The notes under the pieces: model-generated
What the model was told of the DNA's origin: nothing
Databases searched by the model: none
What the model saw: the letters and a program-made list of their open reading frames with translations, nothing else
In this document: piece after piece, positions 1 through 16,007 of the stretch
How positions within the stretch are numbered: position 1 is the first letter of the stretch
Layout: each line of letters starts with the position of its first letter
Translations under genes and position numbers: made by a program
Assembly: GCF_009914755.1 (NCBI RefSeq)
Contig: NC_060932.1
DNA: 64,000 nt
Reading direction: 5' to 3' (one strand)
Source: the human T2T-CHM13v2.0 reference genome, Homo sapiens

Positions 1-232
1 ACTCCACAATCACTTATTACCTATGCATGACAGGCAGGGAGATTAGCACGGAAAGGAACTGACAAAAATGCTTTCAGAGAGAGAAATTCATTCTCAGCAA
101 GACAGAGGATATCCAGGCAGTGATTTTCAGTGTCCAAAGATGAGAGAGGCAGGTGAAAACTGGACTGGGTGGGCAGGGTCTGGTATTATTGAGCTGCTTT
201 AAAGTAAGCCCTTACATTCTCCCAACTACCAG

Positions 233-619
233 CATATTAGTCTGTTTTCACTCTGCTATGAAGAACTGCCTGAGACTGGGTAATTTATAAAGGAAAGAGG
301 TTTAATTGACTCACAGTTCAGCATGGCTGGAGAGGCCTCAGGAAACTCATAATCATGGTGGAAGGAGAGGGAGAAGCAAGGCACCTTCTTCACAAGGCGG
401 CAGGAAGGAGAAGTGCCAAGTGAAGGGGGAAGAGCCCCTTATAAAACCACAGATCTCATGAGAACAAACTCAGACCCACCAGAACAGCATGAGAGTAACT
501 GTCCCCATGATTCAGTTACCTCCACGTGGTCTCTCCTTTGACATGTGGGGATTATGAGGATTATGGGGATTACAACTCAAGATGAGATTTTGGTGGGGAT
601 ACAAAGTGTAACTATATCA
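233..619 (-). mobile_element. THE1D-like MaLR solo LTR
   Basis: Reverse-orientation THE1 LTR (TATTAGTCTGTTTTCAC...GGGTAATTTATAAAGGAAAGAGGTTTAATTGACTCACAG...ACTATATCA). Flanks ACCAG/ACTGG fit a 5-bp TSD ACCGG after CpG decay. Confidence 0.9.
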
Positions 620-1671
620 ACTGGATTTTTTCTTGGGTTTTTGCCTGACTACTGGCTCCTTTTGGGGATGGCTGTCTGTGAATTTCTCAGAGCACACACT
701 ATTTTATCTGCATCTTTGTTTCCAAGTATTATAACGTTACCTAGGGAGGTGTTGTTATTGGGCTCAGGGCGTAACCCTTTTATGATCAGCAAAGGGACAC
801 TAAAAGAACTGCCGTCTCTCTTACAAATAAAACCAGAATCCTCAAAGTTGTCCCTGAAAGATTTCATGATTTGAGGGATGCAGCTTCTTACTACCTCCAC
901 CTCCTCACTGCCTTTGGCATGTGGTGGGAGATGGGGTTAGGGTTGTTGTTCTTTGATGCTCTGGACGAAGGATGGTCGTCAGTATATTCTATATAATCAT
1001 TTACACAGTGGAAACCAGGCTGAAACATTAAATTAGAGATGGTGAAGCCTCTGTGTTAACCAAAAAACCAATGCATCAAGTCATACACAATTCCACAATG
1101 TGTTTTCAAGTTATGGCTTGCTTTCTAGGGCTTATGGGATAGACTTTTCTGGACATTCGTAGACTCTCTCTTATGTGTTAGGTGACATCTTAACACCTTC
1201 TTCCCAGAATCTAGATATTTAAAGTCCTGATAGTCTCAACCTACAAAGAGAGGAGCAGGTTCTCTCTTCACCATCTGCTGAAGGATTTCCTTCTGAGACC
1301 AGTGTTGCTTCCTACAATTCTGCCCTTATTTGTGAAAACAACACATACTGTTCACCCAAATTAGGTTCTATCAACATAAATATATCCAGAAACACACAGT
1401 TCAAATTCCAGATTTATCCTAGAGATACCACAGATGCTGCTAGGATGGAGACTGGCAAATATACATGCCTGTTAGAGTGGAGCCCAGAACTCAAAGAATA
1501 GCTCTCATTAATGTAATTCAACTTATTCATAACAACTCCCTACAGTAAACTAACATTGACTGTCTTCTAATAAGGGTGTCAGTGTCCATAAAGAACACAC
1601 AGAAGACCACAAAGAACACACAGTCCAACAATATTTATGAGTTGCTGAAGCAAGGGATACCACACGCCATG

Positions 1672-2043
1672 TAATACGGTTTGGCTATGACCCCACCCAA
1701 ATTTCATCTTGAGTTGTAGCTCCCACAATTCCCACATGTCCTGAGAGGGGCCCAGTGGGAGGTAATTGAATCATGGGGGCGGTTTCCCCCCATACTGTTC
1801 TTGTGGTAGTGAATAAGTCTCACGAGATCTGATGGTTTTATAAGAGGAAACACCTTTCACTTGATTCTCTCATTTCTCTCTTCCCTGCCACCAGGTAAGA
1901 TGTGACTTGCTCCTCCTTGCCTTCTGCCATGATTGTGAGGCCTCCCCAGTCATGTGGAACTGTGAGTCCATTAAACCTCTTCCATTTATAATTACCCAGT
2001 TTCAGGTATGTCTTTATTAGCAGCATGAGAATGGACTAATACA
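1672..2043 (+). mobile_element. THE1B/C-like MaLR solo LTR
   Basis: Starts TAATACGGTTTGGC..CCCCACCCAAAT and ends GACTAATACA. Perfect 5-bp TSD CCATG at 1667-1671 and 2044-2048. Confidence 0.92.
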
Positions 2044-3199
2044 CCATGGAGAACTATGGGGACTCCCACTAGGATGATGTTGAGAGGAGCTTGCTATAGA
2101 ATTTGGGCTTATGTTAGTTGATTTTGGGGACAGTTCATGGAAGTGGGAGTTTGCTCTGTTGTGGGTTGTTGTCAGGAATTGGGGTAATACTATGATTGGA
2201 TAGCAATAATTTTGCTATCCTCCTGCTTCATGATTAATTCCTCCTGCTTCTTGGTTGCAAGATAAATTACTGAAACATCTGGTATTAAAAAAAATGGCTG
2301 TGCAATTGCATTTAAGACTCTGATCAGTAGACATTGACCAACTGTAGCACAAACAATTACCGGAAACAAAATTGTTCTTCGTCTTTGTAGTAGTTCCTGA
2401 GGCCAGGAGGCTAGATGTTCAAACCCAAACCAAAAAACAAACAAACAAACAAACAAAAAAATATCTCAAAGTCCAGCTGCGTCTGTTCTGGAAAGTCAGA
2501 TGAATTTTTCTTTTATCCTAACCCCAGTCTGTTCTATTCAACTTGTTTTATTTATATATAGGCACGGCAAGATGTGCTTCTAGTAAAACTCCTTGTCTAG
2601 CTGAAAGAACATTAAAGGCTATGTAATTACCCATCACAACGTTTGGTTGTCAGGCCTTTGAGAAAGTTGTGTCATGTGATTTTTGCTAGGGTCATACATT
2701 ACTTTTGAATCCTTTTTTTTTTTTCTAATAGCATTATGCCTACCAGGAGAACTGGAACCCAAGGTGAACCCTTCTTGGACGATGATGTGGCTACTAAGAG
2801 AACCATTTATATCTGCCATATCAACATGAATGATCTTATTCAAGAAATCTACTCGCAGTTCCAGAAATTTCACTCTGTGCTCTCATAAACACTTTTCCTT
2901 TATAAATTACACTTATCACTGAGTACAGGCTACAGGACAGGTACATCTGTATAAAGATAGGAAATATAAATTGCTACCTAACTGAAAACCTTCTGCCACC
3001 TGTTTGGAGACAAAAAAGCAGAAAGCAATGTATTTTATTTTTAAAGAAAAGAAAGAGATCAGGCTCTGAACACCTACTCTGTGCTACCCACTAAGATACT
3101 TTGCACTCATCTATTTTTATTCTCCAAACTACTTCATGAGGTGAGGTTCAAATGCTCAATATGCTGTGAAAAGTGGGTAAAGTGGTCTCTGCCCTTTGT

Positions 3200-3690
3200 G
3201 TCTGCTAAGTAAATTATGCTTTCTTCATTGGGAAACACTCATAATACCCTTTGAGAAACCCACCTTCCCTATGTCCATAGGATCTTTATGGAGTTAATCT
3301 CCACTCTTTACTTGCAGGGTTGGGAATTTGCCCCAAATCTGGTCAATCAGAGTGGTTAGTTTGATGTGGCACATCAAACCCAAGTTTGTCTAATTAGCAT
3401 GAGTCCAAGAAATGTTTTTGGAACATTTCTAGGCAATAGGGACAATGCAAGTATAGAGATACCAGAGACCATCATCTGAGAAGTCCTGCTGGAGATAAAC
3501 AAAGAAAACAGAAAAACAAAAGAATGATGAGAGCATGATGGTGACAGTGTGAAACAGAGTCCTCAGGACATACGTGAATATGAATACAGCTGTGCTTAAA
3601 GCCTGTTTTCACTTAACTTCTTAGTTATGCAATCTAGGAAAATATTTATTTGCTTTCCCCTTAGCAATTTGGGTTGCATTTTTCTCTTGG
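3200..3690 (+). mobile_element. Ancient ERVL LTR relic (LTR16/LTR33-like)
   Basis: Degenerate LTR16-type motifs (GGTCAATCAGAGT, ACCCAAGTTTG, TTGGGTTGCATTTTTCTC near the end). Family uncertain. Confidence 0.45.
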
Positions 3691-5059
3691 GCAGGTGGAA
3701 GGGGAGAGGCTCATCAAGACAAAATTTCTTGCCTAAAAGCAAAGTTAGAATTAGGACAACTGGAGTTTCCCTGAGTCATTTTGAGTCAGAGACCCATTCT
3801 CTGCCAGAAGACACAGTAAAGGAGAGTGAGAGTGAGTGCTCTGAAAACTCAGGGAGACAAAAGCTTCATGAGGAAGATATGAACGATTAGTAAAGCTTTG
3901 ATAAACCATGTTCAGTAGAATGTCCTTCAGTATTTTTCATTGTGATATCTCGTCCTTGATAATCACAAGTAAATTTGTCTTTCTTTGTGGCAGGAACACT
4001 ATTCTAGGGACGAATACAGAATTATCCACAGCCCTGGAGGCGATTCACATCACTCACGCTTTTTGTAACCACTGGATTTTGAGACAGTAAAGTCCATTCA
4101 AAAGCAATTTGTTTTAATTTTTGAATTATTCCAAGGCAGGAGCAACAACTTTCATCACAGACCCACTAGCTCCCCAATAATTGTGTCTCATTTTACTTTA
4201 TATCTGCAATATTTAGCATAGTGCCTGACATACAAAATATTCTCAATAAGTGTTTGTTAAATGATTGAGTGGATTAATTATTTCTACCAGTGGCATAACA
4301 ACCAAACACCTGATTCTTATCTGCCTGCTATCAATTTCCCCAGAGTTCAAATAGTGCCAGCTCTTCTCATTGATAAATGGACTCATTGTTCCTTCCATTG
4401 TGGATCATACAACACCTGTCTTCTAGGAAAGGAAAGTCCATTTCTCTAAGAGCCTAAGTTTCCATTACCCTCACAAGAGCAAAGGTAGGTCTCTCCCCTA
4501 AAAGGCTGTGAATAACAATATGCTCTCCCTTCATGATGCAAACAGGGCAGCAGACTTAAAATATAAATAATGACCTGAAAGCAAGGTAATTTGGAACTAT
4601 TTCATAACTGATGAGCCATTATTCCTCCCTATCATCAATGCATCTAAAACAGGCTCTCCTATCACCTTGTTCAACCTCTATCATAAAATTAATTACCTCT
4701 GGATAGACCCCATTTAATTGCTCATAAAATTGATCTTACTTTTCAGATTTTATGGTAACTAGTATGTCATCAACAAAAGTGCCTAGAATAAATGGGATGC
4801 TTATTATACACCTTGAAATAAAATAAAACAAATCCATGATAGATGTAGGAGGCTTTGACATGTGTGTCTCTAGTACTGTAACAGACACTTGTAGACAAGT
4901 ACACAATACCCCCAAAGATCTTTTCCTGGGTAGATTATTTATTTTAAAAAAATAATAAAAAGGTACTTTGATTCAGTTAGAACACTAAATGCATTTCATT
5001 TCAATAAGTATAAGGACTATTATTATTGTTCATGCATTTGTTCATTGTTTTATTCAATC

Positions 5060-5630
<571 letters not shown>

Positions 5631-6894
5631 ATCACTGCTATTAATAAACCAACAAGAAAACCCACATGTCATTGAAGTGAGATAGCTTGAGCTTGATAGA
5701 AAGATGATAGGTTTTAATAGATCAGTGTTTGGATTCCAACTATGATTTAGAATCTGTATATCCTTAGGTGAGTTACTGAATCTCTCTCATGCTCCATATT
5801 CTCATATATGTGTGTTTATATATGTAGGTTTAACACTTACAGAATCAGATGAAATGGTAGATGAGAGGGAGCTCAAAGCCATGCTCGCTGTAGGGACCCC
5901 ACATATATGGAAACCCTGGCTTCAGCCTCCACACTTCTCATCCTATTTCACTTTGGAGTGGTAGGGATGAGGCCTCTGAAATGCATCTGTTGTTTACTTC
6001 AATTGGCTGAAGAGCTGGACAGAGGGGCAGGATTCTGATCAGAAGAAAAAGATCATTATTGCCTACATCTGGTGGAGCTCAGGAGTTGGATAATTCTACT
6101 ACATTCTCAGGTGATGATTGCCCCAGAAGACAGGCCTGGCCAAGCATCCAGTCCTAGGACTGGATGGGTGTGTCCAGGGCACACATTCTCTATCCTTTAC
6201 TATCAAACCTTATGCCTCACTACTCAACTCCTCAAACCACATTTTTCAGTTGAAGAAAATTATTTTTCTTCCTCTAAGATTCGTCTCTCTCTTAGCGCCT
6301 GACTTTAGCCCTCGTAGTTCCCTCTGCCTGCAGCACTTGGATTCAGCTTCTGCTTGTTTCACTTAGACATTGCTATTCACTCTCATAATCTAGAGGACAC
6401 GCCATGTCCTCTTCAGAGTCTTCTCTTAACCTCCAAGTCTAGGTTAGATGCTCTTTGTAATCAGCATGCGATTTCCCTTCCATGATGCTTACTACACTGC
6501 CCTATGAGCCCTGGCTTGTCCAGCTATAATTTACAAACTTAACCCCTGTGAACTTACCTGTCTGCCCTATTCACCTTTAGGTTCATTCAGTGCAGGTTTT
6601 CAGTGACAATTTGTTGAATTGTTAGAAGGAAGATATACTAGAATGGAAAACTCATAGGTCAGAGAAGAAGTGTCAAGATCAAATATCAAGGCCACTTGGC
6701 TTAGAGCTCAAAGGACAAGCTTCCATCCAGATAATCCAAAGGGCGAGGTCAATAAAAAAAAGCCCAATCAGAACCCAAGAAGTCAGAGTAGTCAGAGTGA
6801 AGGAAAAGGAAATGGAGTGGCCAAGAGAAGAGCCATAGACTAGATTTGGATTTATGCTGTCCTCATTGCAGTCTTTGATTAGCTGTGATGGCAG

Positions 6895-7655
6895 TGAAAT
6901 GGGAATGTTCCCTTATCCCCCTCACAGGATGTGTGATAGGGATGTGGCTCACTTCTTCAGTACCCTGCTGCTCAAACCCCTAGGGGGACCATGCAGATGG
7001 GCAGATCGTGGGGAGCGTTTTTGGGCTCCAACCCCACAACAGCATCTAGGGTTGAGTGTTTACAGCTCCCAAAGCCCCAGTGGGTGTGTGTTACAGTGCG
7101 CCCTTTCAGTTTTGCTGTCTGCAGCTCAGTTAGACCCTCTGCCTTATCTCAAGGACAGAGGGCTTTCCGTATCCCGGCTTCTGGCCCCAGTGTACCAGAA
7201 AAATCAGATCACATGTGGGCTTCGAGGATGGGTGCATGGTTTTACTGGGTGGTGAAGGTTGCTCTCAGTGAGGTGGATAGGGAACCATAAGGGGAATGGA
7301 GTGGGAAGATGATCTTCCCCTGGAGTCAGCTGGACCCTCCTCCCACCTCCTGGGCTGAATTCTTCCTTGTCCTGCCATCAATGGCCTGCCAGTGTCTGCT
7401 GGTGTTTGTCGACGTGCTCTTCTGCTCCTCTCGAAGTCCAGCCACTTGTGTCTGTGCCTGCTAGGGTCTTGAGTTCTTATGGGCACAGGATGGGGATATG
7501 GTGGGCCAGAGTGGTCTTGGAAAACACGACATTTGGACGCAAAAGCAGGAGTGCCTGTTCTCACTTAAATCCGTGGGCACAGGCTTGAGGGTGGAGCCCT
7601 TGCCAGGGACCCCACCCTTCTCCACCCAGCACTTCCCTGATCCTGTCTTCTATCA
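6895..7655 (-). mobile_element. LTR1-family (ERV1, HUERS-P2-associated) solo LTR
   Basis: TG...CA termini (TGAAATGGGAATGTTCCCTT ... CCTGTCTTCTATCA), GC-rich, matches recalled LTR1 ends in reverse. 4-bp flanks GCAG/GTAG. Confidence 0.8.
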
Positions 7656-8456
7656 GTAGGCCAGATGTAGCTGGTTTTAGAGGTCTTAAATAAAGGGGTT
7701 TGAACCATGGGCAGGGAAGAGAAATAGAGGTGTCTCCCGACTGGCATTATCAACAAGTTTCTGCAGGACAGACATAACACAGTATATGTTATTAAGAGCA
7801 TTCATTCTACAGAAAACTTGGTTCTGTGACTAAGAGATTTTAGAAATTGCTGGGTTAAGCCAAGTTAACTATAGTCTTACCAGACTTCTGAGAATTTTCA
7901 TAATGCTAATATCAGTTTCTAAGCTCTGACCATTTACCAAACAACATGACCATATAATCCTTTCTCTTTTTTAACGGATAATTTCATTGAGCTAGTATCC
8001 CATGAGACATTGGTTTAGAAAATATTGCTGTTCACTATTCTTAGTGTTTTGTATTATCTTCACGGCTGCTATCAATTCATGTATTTATTTATAGCTGGCC
8101 TCGTTTTGGAAAAGATTTAAAGCAATCAGTACAGAGATGATCATTAGAGTTTAGCTTTGCTTGGGGCTTTTTACACTAACTGTTTTTCTTGACCTGGAAT
8201 TAAAATCTTCCTTCATGAATTCTATTGAAAACCTCAGAAGTTATTACTTTCCTCTGGCAGAAAAGATTCTCAGAGGTATCATCAACCTAGCTCATGAAGG
8301 TGGGAAAGTGAATGAGGGTTTCCAGGATCTAGTTTCTGAGTTTTTGACCTAGGATGCAACACAGACCCCAGTGCCTTATAGAGCAGATCCAGGGAGAAGA
8401 CTAGTCATGATGTGGGAACCAGGGAGATGGGGAGACTCTGTGTCATTGTTCCATAA

Positions 8457-8508
8457 TGCCGTTAAAAGTAATGGCAAAAACCACAATTACTTTTGCACCA
8501 ATCTAATA
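8457..8508. mobile_element. MADE1 (Hsmar1-derived MITE) partial copy
   Basis: TAATGGCAAAAACCACAATTACTTTTGCACCAATCTAATA is one Hsmar1 TIR plus spacer, ending in TA. Confidence 0.85.
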
Positions 8509-8922
8509 CATAGGTACAGCTGCCTGACCTTGGCAAAACTTGCTTAACTTTCTGGGTCTCAAATTTATTGTGAGCATATCCTAAATAGTAGTATCTACAT
8601 CAAAAGGTCATTGGAGACATTAAATGAAGTAAGGTTTATAGACTCCCTACCACAGAGGAGAAGCTCTATTAATATTCTGGCTATAATGATATTGATAAAG
8701 GCACAGATTCTCATCTTCAAGGTTGCCCTAGAGCCAAGGTTTGTAGCTCCTTTTTGTTTTGGTCAATCTCTCACTTTTCCCAAATATTCCCTTTATCCAT
8801 TTACTAGGGTAAAGTTTCCTGCTTTTTCTGAGAGGGTCCCCTGGAACCCTGAAGAAATATGAGTTGTATCTGTACCTGGTCACCTAAAGTAATGTCTTTT
8901 CTTCTTCAGCTGAGACCAACTA

Positions 8923-9466
<544 letters not shown>

Positions 9467-9680
9467 AAGAGTTAGAAAACCACAGTATTCCTCCCATGAG
9501 TTGCACACACCCACCTGTTCTCAACAAGAAAATCTGGACAGCATGGAAGATGCTTAGTTATATCGTGTGTAGCAATATAACCAAGTATAATATAACTAAA
9601 AACGTGTTTAGCAATGACCCAAAAAAAAACTGAGCTGTGCATTTCATTCATTTCATTTACTGTCATCCCCACACACATTC

Positions 9681-9972
<292 letters not shown>

Positions 9973-11682
9973 AACGCACACATTCTTTGTAAGCAGGTTT
10001 TAAAAAATTTTAATCTTTTAAAATGCTTATTTTTTAAATGATGACACTGTTCATTCAGTAATCCCCCTTTCAGAAGATATCCTATGAAAATGATCTAAAA
10101 TGCAAGCAAATATTGGGTGCATTTTGGGTCAGATGGCCTTCCATGCTCAAATGAGTAGAGTACTTTTGTTCAATCAGTTTATCACTGTCATCTAGATTTA
10201 GAATGAGCTGGTTCTCCATGTCTCAAATGATGCTGTGAGTAACCTTGATGAGAATGTGTTGGTGTTCCATGATGTGGAGTTCGAGGAAGCTGACTCACTT
10301 TCTCACCATGACTTTCAGCTGTGTACCATGCCTTTACCTGAGCCATCGGTTGCTCTCCAAATCCTGGCTCTGAATGGGTTTCACACATATGCCTCTATGT
10401 AAATCCTAAATTCCTGTTGATATTTTTCTCTCAGAGAGTCACATCCATAGGACTCAAAGCAGCTCTTATTTTTTTTTGCCTCAGTATATTAACAATCTTA
10501 TAACATTCCTCCCCAGAGTATAGAATTAGCTTATAGTCATGAAAGGGTGGGTTTCATCTGTGTTCATCAGAATGTTCTATATCCACTGATTAATTTGCTT
10601 TTTCTTCAGTGACTCAGAGATGATTTCCTCTTCAGAAAACAGAAGAATTTTCTGACACATTTATCCAGGTAAAAAATTAAACACACATACACACAAACAC
10701 TCTGTCCTCCAAAATACATATAATATTTGCTATTTCTTACAAGTGAGGTTACTTGCTCAATATTTGAGTAAAACTATTGATCAAGAAAGTTATGACTTTG
10801 TGTATCCTCACATTCTATAGTCGTACGCCATCCCATTGCAGAAACATGGGGCCACCCACTAATTGTCATATAGAGAAAATCAAAGTGGTATTGCAAAGCA
10901 TGTGGCTTAAAGTGGGTGCTAAGGAAATGACAAGTGTTAACGAAAATGAAATTGCATTGGATATGATTTTTCTTTACATCTGGGATCAGGCAGACACTGA
11001 AACTTTATTTGCCCATGGACAAGAGAAAGACAGGAAGGAAATCCTCCCATAGTGCCTACTATGTGTGTTTTAACATGTTTAGTGTTTTATTCATGTCACC
11101 AGAAAGTCAAGCTTGTTGGACTCATGGAGTCTAATAAAACCACTTTATATTTGCTTCTAACCCTTTTAAACCCATTTAGGGCTAGCCATATTTTTGCTTC
11201 CCCTTAGTGACTTTCCCTGACTTCCTTGATTACACTTTATTTGCAAACACCATCTGAAGTCAGCAATTGAAAATGTCCAGTCTCCGTGAATTTTAACTTG
11301 GAAAGCTGGGAGCTTACAAGTGCTCACTCATCTAACTCTCTACATCCTGGGCACTTAGAAAAATAATATTTCCTAACTTTCATTGCAATTAGGTTTGCTG
11401 CCTACTTGTTGAATTCTGGCCATTGGAATATGAAAAAAAAAGGGAAGCTGTGAACCAGAGTCCTGCCAACCCCTCTACCTAACACATATGCATACCCACT
11501 GACAAAATTTAGACATGTTATAGGAGGAGAAATGCAGATGTGTGGTGTGAATTGACTGGCTTTGTGGAGTTTGTCATCTCATCTATCTAGTCTGTCTTGA
11601 CTAATTTCCTGAACTTGATTTAGTTTCAAATCTTCTGTCCTCTACAAGCTGGCATTGACTTTGAACCGCCCATTTAAAGTGA

Positions 11683-12070
<388 letters not shown>

Positions 12071-13096
12071 CCAAACTCATAAAATAGTTTTCTGACCCCT
12101 CCAAGCAGAGAGGTGAGAGTTGAAGTACTGTGAACAACAAAGTTTGTATCTGTTGTTTTCACATTTGGCAGATGAGTAGAGCTTGCCCTTTCGGTTTTTT
12201 GGGAGAGTGTTTTTGTGAGTTTCTGGTATTCTACCACTGCGATTCCTATGATGTGGCCTCCTTTGGTTGTCTCCTCCCAAATTACCATTGGGCTTCTGCC
12301 ATACCAAAAACCTACACAGCCCATTACTGCTAGGTTTTGTCACCCTGGAAGGCTGCCCTTTCTGGCAGGACCTCTTTAGAGAGGATCCAGGGTTCCCATC
12401 CTACCTCATCTGGTCCTAAAGCCCCATGTATGTTTGGCTCTCAGAGAGAGTGACCTGACTTTACTTCCCAGGTGCGGCCCTCCACCCTGCAGCCTAAAGT
12501 TATGGCAATACTCTCAGGCATGGATCAGCACCCACTCTTGCCCCTCTGCCTCAACTACAGGAACACATGTCAAACCGCACTGCACTGCTACAGTCTACTT
12601 ATCAGTCTCCTACCTCTCCACACTTGCATCAGCCCCAATGTCCTTTCCAGAAGTCTCCTTTGCAGACTCCTGGATCACTACTCTGTCTACCCTTTTGTAG
12701 TATCATTTTGTGACAGCTATGCAACCAGTTATTTTTCCATGGTGTTCTGTCCCAGTTCACTTTGGAATGTAGCATCTGTTGAATTCATGCCTCATGAAGC
12801 ATGAAGAGTTCCATTTTAACATCCCGTTATACATGCATTGTCTCATTTAAACTCCATATGTGCCCTGTGAGCTATATTAACTCTTACTTCATTGGTAAGA
12901 AACATAAATTTCAGGGAGGTTAACAGGGCCTAATATGTAATAAGCCAGAACATATGAGGAAAAGGGCTCTGTCTGTCTTATCACTTCTGCATCACTGAAC
13001 ATACAGCAGTAACTGGCACATAGGATATGCTTCAGGTTTTTCCAATATAAATAAATAATATGAGAATTTACAAATCAGTTGCTATTTACTCTATTC

Positions 13097-13220
13097 CAGG
13101 GTTTCTCAGTCTTGGCACTGTTGATATTTGGGACCAGACAACTCTTCACTGCGGGGGCCTGCCCTGTGCTTTAGAGAATAATTATCAACATCCCTGGCCT
13201 CAACCCATGAGAAGTCAGTC
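13097..13220 (+). mobile_element. MER20 hAT-Charlie fragment
   Basis: CAGGGTTTCTCAGTCTTGGCACTGTTGATATTTGGGACCAGA...CATCCCTGGCCTC matches the MER20 5' half. Confidence 0.75.
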
Positions 13221-13249
13221 TCAGCCCTTGTAATTAGGCATATCTCCAG

Positions 13250-13600
13250 GACTAGTTAGAGTACATGAAATTGTTTACAGATATAATGGGAACCACTTCA
13301 AAGCCTAGCACATAGAAACTTTCTATGTATGATTCTTCATTCTCTTTTACCCACAGATTGGATGATATGGAGATGAACACCAGGACTATTTTAGAAACTG
13401 CATGTTGAAGACCACTGAGATATAAAACTTAGAAAAAAAAAGGTTCTGAATCAATGCCTTGTGAAGACAGTTGCACAGGTTAGTTGCTGGAGCATATTCA
13501 TCTTTAGAATGTTTCATAAGAAGAAATAAACTTTTACTCTGCTAAGTCATTGAGATTTGATTATTTATTTCTTATAGCAGCTAGTGTTATCATAGCTAAC
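13250..13600 (+). mobile_element. Old MLT1 MaLR LTR fragment
   Basis: 3' motif AGAAATAAACTTT...AAGTCATTGAGATTT...TATAGCAGCTAG. Confidence 0.55.
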
Positions 13601-13932
13601 TCACTCTTTGCATAGACTTAAATAAGTAAAAATGAGAGCTGATATAAAGAGAAAAAGTGTAGTTAATTATATCTCAAGTGATTCATCAGTATGATAAAAT
13701 TCTAAAAAGTAATGCACAACAATAGATCAGTTAGATTTAAGAGAGACAAAGCTGTGAAAGAGAAAATGCTACACACCAGGGGTTCTTTTCTATTTAACTT
13801 TTTCTGAGGTTATATCAGAAAATAAGGGAAAATAATGAAAAAAATAAGGGAAAGACTCTTTGCTTTAAGAAGACCCTCATGAGATTTTTTTTTTTTTGGA
13901 AAATAATTAAGATTTATATTAGGCAAGGTAAC

Positions 13933-14400
13933 TGCATTAGTTTTTTAGTGCTGCATAAAAAAAGCCACAAATTTAGCATCTTAAAACTGCATGCTTTCAT
14001 ACATTCATTATCTCACAATTTCTATAGCTCAGAAGTGTGGGTAGAGTTTAACTGGGTCTTCTGCTCAGGGTACCACCAGGCTGAAATCCAGGTGTTCACC
14101 AGGACTTTTCTTCACCTGGAGGCCCAGCTGGAGAAGAATCTGCTTCCAAGCTCCATCAGACTGTTAGAAAATTAACTTCCTGTGGCTATAGGATTCATGG
14201 CACGTTGCTTCTTCAAAGCCAGCAATGGAAAGAGTCTTCTGCTCCAAGAATGACATGTAGTCACTCAGAAAGGGATCATATGACTAGGTAATGTCCACCC
14301 AGAATAATATCGCTTTTGATTAAGTTAAAGTCAATCGATTAGAGGCTTGAATTGCATCTGAAAAATGTATTTTCTTTACCGTACAACATAAATTAGAGTT
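13933..14400 (-). mobile_element. MLT1 (D/E-like) MaLR LTR
   Basis: TGCATTAGTT...CCACAAATTTAGCATCTTAAAAC...TCTCACAATTTCT...GCTGAAATCCAGGTG...AGAATCTGCTTCCAAGCTC. Confidence 0.7.
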
Positions 14401-15267
14401 CAGTATGGATTAGCAAGAGGAATCTGCATTTTCAAAGATGTTTGGAAACCAGTCTTTCTCTATCTTTGTCTCCACCTACATTTAAGTTCTTTGAAGTCTT
14501 TCCACACAGCTACAAATAGAAAAAGAGAATTACAAATTATCTATGGGAGATTTGTTATTTAATGGGTCAGTTCTAAGCATTAAGCAAGTTAATCCTACTC
14601 ACATTTCACTGGCTGGATGTCACCTCTGTGTAGTTGCAGGGAAGTTGTAAAATGTAGTCTAGCTGTGTGCCCAAAAAGAGAAAAAGGTGGACAGTGTTCT
14701 CAGTTCTCAGTCCACCCTTCTGATCACTGCCAAAGCATCTGTTTCCCTTGTCTCGCCCACAGCAAAACTCTCATACCTTTCCCAAGAGAATCAAGCTGGA
14801 TATTTCACATCCCAATGCATCCTGTTCAAAATCTAATATGGAGCATCTCCAAGAGGTGCTCAGCTTTTCCATCAGATCTGGATAGGTCTTCCTATCATTC
14901 AATAATTTATTTTAAAGAAAAAGAAATTGTCTATCCTCCAATCTTCCTCAATTTTGAAGAAATTCTAAATCAGAAAGTGAATGAATGAGAAACCACAGAA
15001 GAAACTGGTCTGCAGCAATTTGGATGTCCCACTGAACAGGCTTTATGAAGGTCATCCACCCTGAGAAAGCAGGTGCATTTCCTAATTAAATCCTGTTTCT
15101 GCTCTTTGGAAGAAACATCGTTGTCCCTTGTTCTTTATGGATATTTGCTCTATCCTCTGGGAGTATTTTCTTGTCCATTTTCCAGGGTGCATATTTCAGA
15201 TCTGACAGGTTTCTGTAAATCTGTAAAGTCCATTTCTGCTGGTATACATATGGAGTCTTGAAGGCTA

Positions 15268-15564
15268 TTTTATTTTTATTTTTGAGATGGAGTCTTGCTC
15301 TGTCACTCAGGCTGGAGTGCAGTGGCATGATCTTGGCTCACTGCAACCTCCGCCTCCAAGATTCAAATGATTCTCTTGCCTCAGCCTCCCAAGTAGCTGG
15401 GATTACAGGCATCCACCACCATGCCAAGCTAATTTTTGTAATTTTAGTAGAGACAGAGTTTCTCCATGTTGGCCAGGCTGGTCTCAAACTCCTGGCCTCA
15501 GGTGATCCACCCACTTGGACTCCCAAGGCGCTGGGATTACAGGTAGGAGCCACTACTCCTGGCC
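15268..15564 (-). mobile_element. AluS
   Basis: Reverse Alu dimer, degenerate TSD TTGAAGGCTATTTT/TTGAGAGCTGTTTT. Confidence 0.93.
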
Positions 15565-15588
15565 TTGAGAGCTGTTTTAAATATCAAA

Positions 15589-16007
15589 AATGATGGTTTC
15601 CAGTTTCATCCATGTCGCTGCAAAGGACGTAAACTCATCCTTTATTATAGCTGCATAGTATTCCATGATGTATATGTGCCACATTTTCTTTATCCAGTCT
15701 ATCATTGATGGGCATTTGGGTTGGTTCCAAGTCTGGAAACCTCATTCTCAGCAAGCTAACACAGGAACAGAAAACCAAACACTGAATGCTCTCACTCATA
15801 AGTAGAAGTTGAACAATGAGGACACATGGACACAGGGCAGGGAACATCACACACCAGGGCCTGTCGGGGTGTGGTAGGTTAGGGAAGGGATAGCACTGGG
15901 AGATGATGGGTTGATGGGTGCAGCAAACCACCATGGCTCGCGTATACCTATGTAACTAACCTGCACGTTCTGCACATGTATCCCAGAACTTAAAGTATAA
16001 TAAATAA
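15589..16007 (+). mobile_element. 5'-inverted, truncated primate L1 (about L1PA7-8)
   Basis: 15589-15734 is antisense L1 ORF2 end; 15733-16007 is sense ORF2 end/3'UTR ending TAAAGTATAATAAATAA. Flanks AAATATCAAAAAT/AAACATCAAAGAAT. Confidence 0.9.

Noticed and set aside
6854-7588. Cluster of overlapping ORFs
   Set aside because: All lie within the GC-rich LTR1-family LTR, where stops are sparse; no gag/pol/env similarity recognised.
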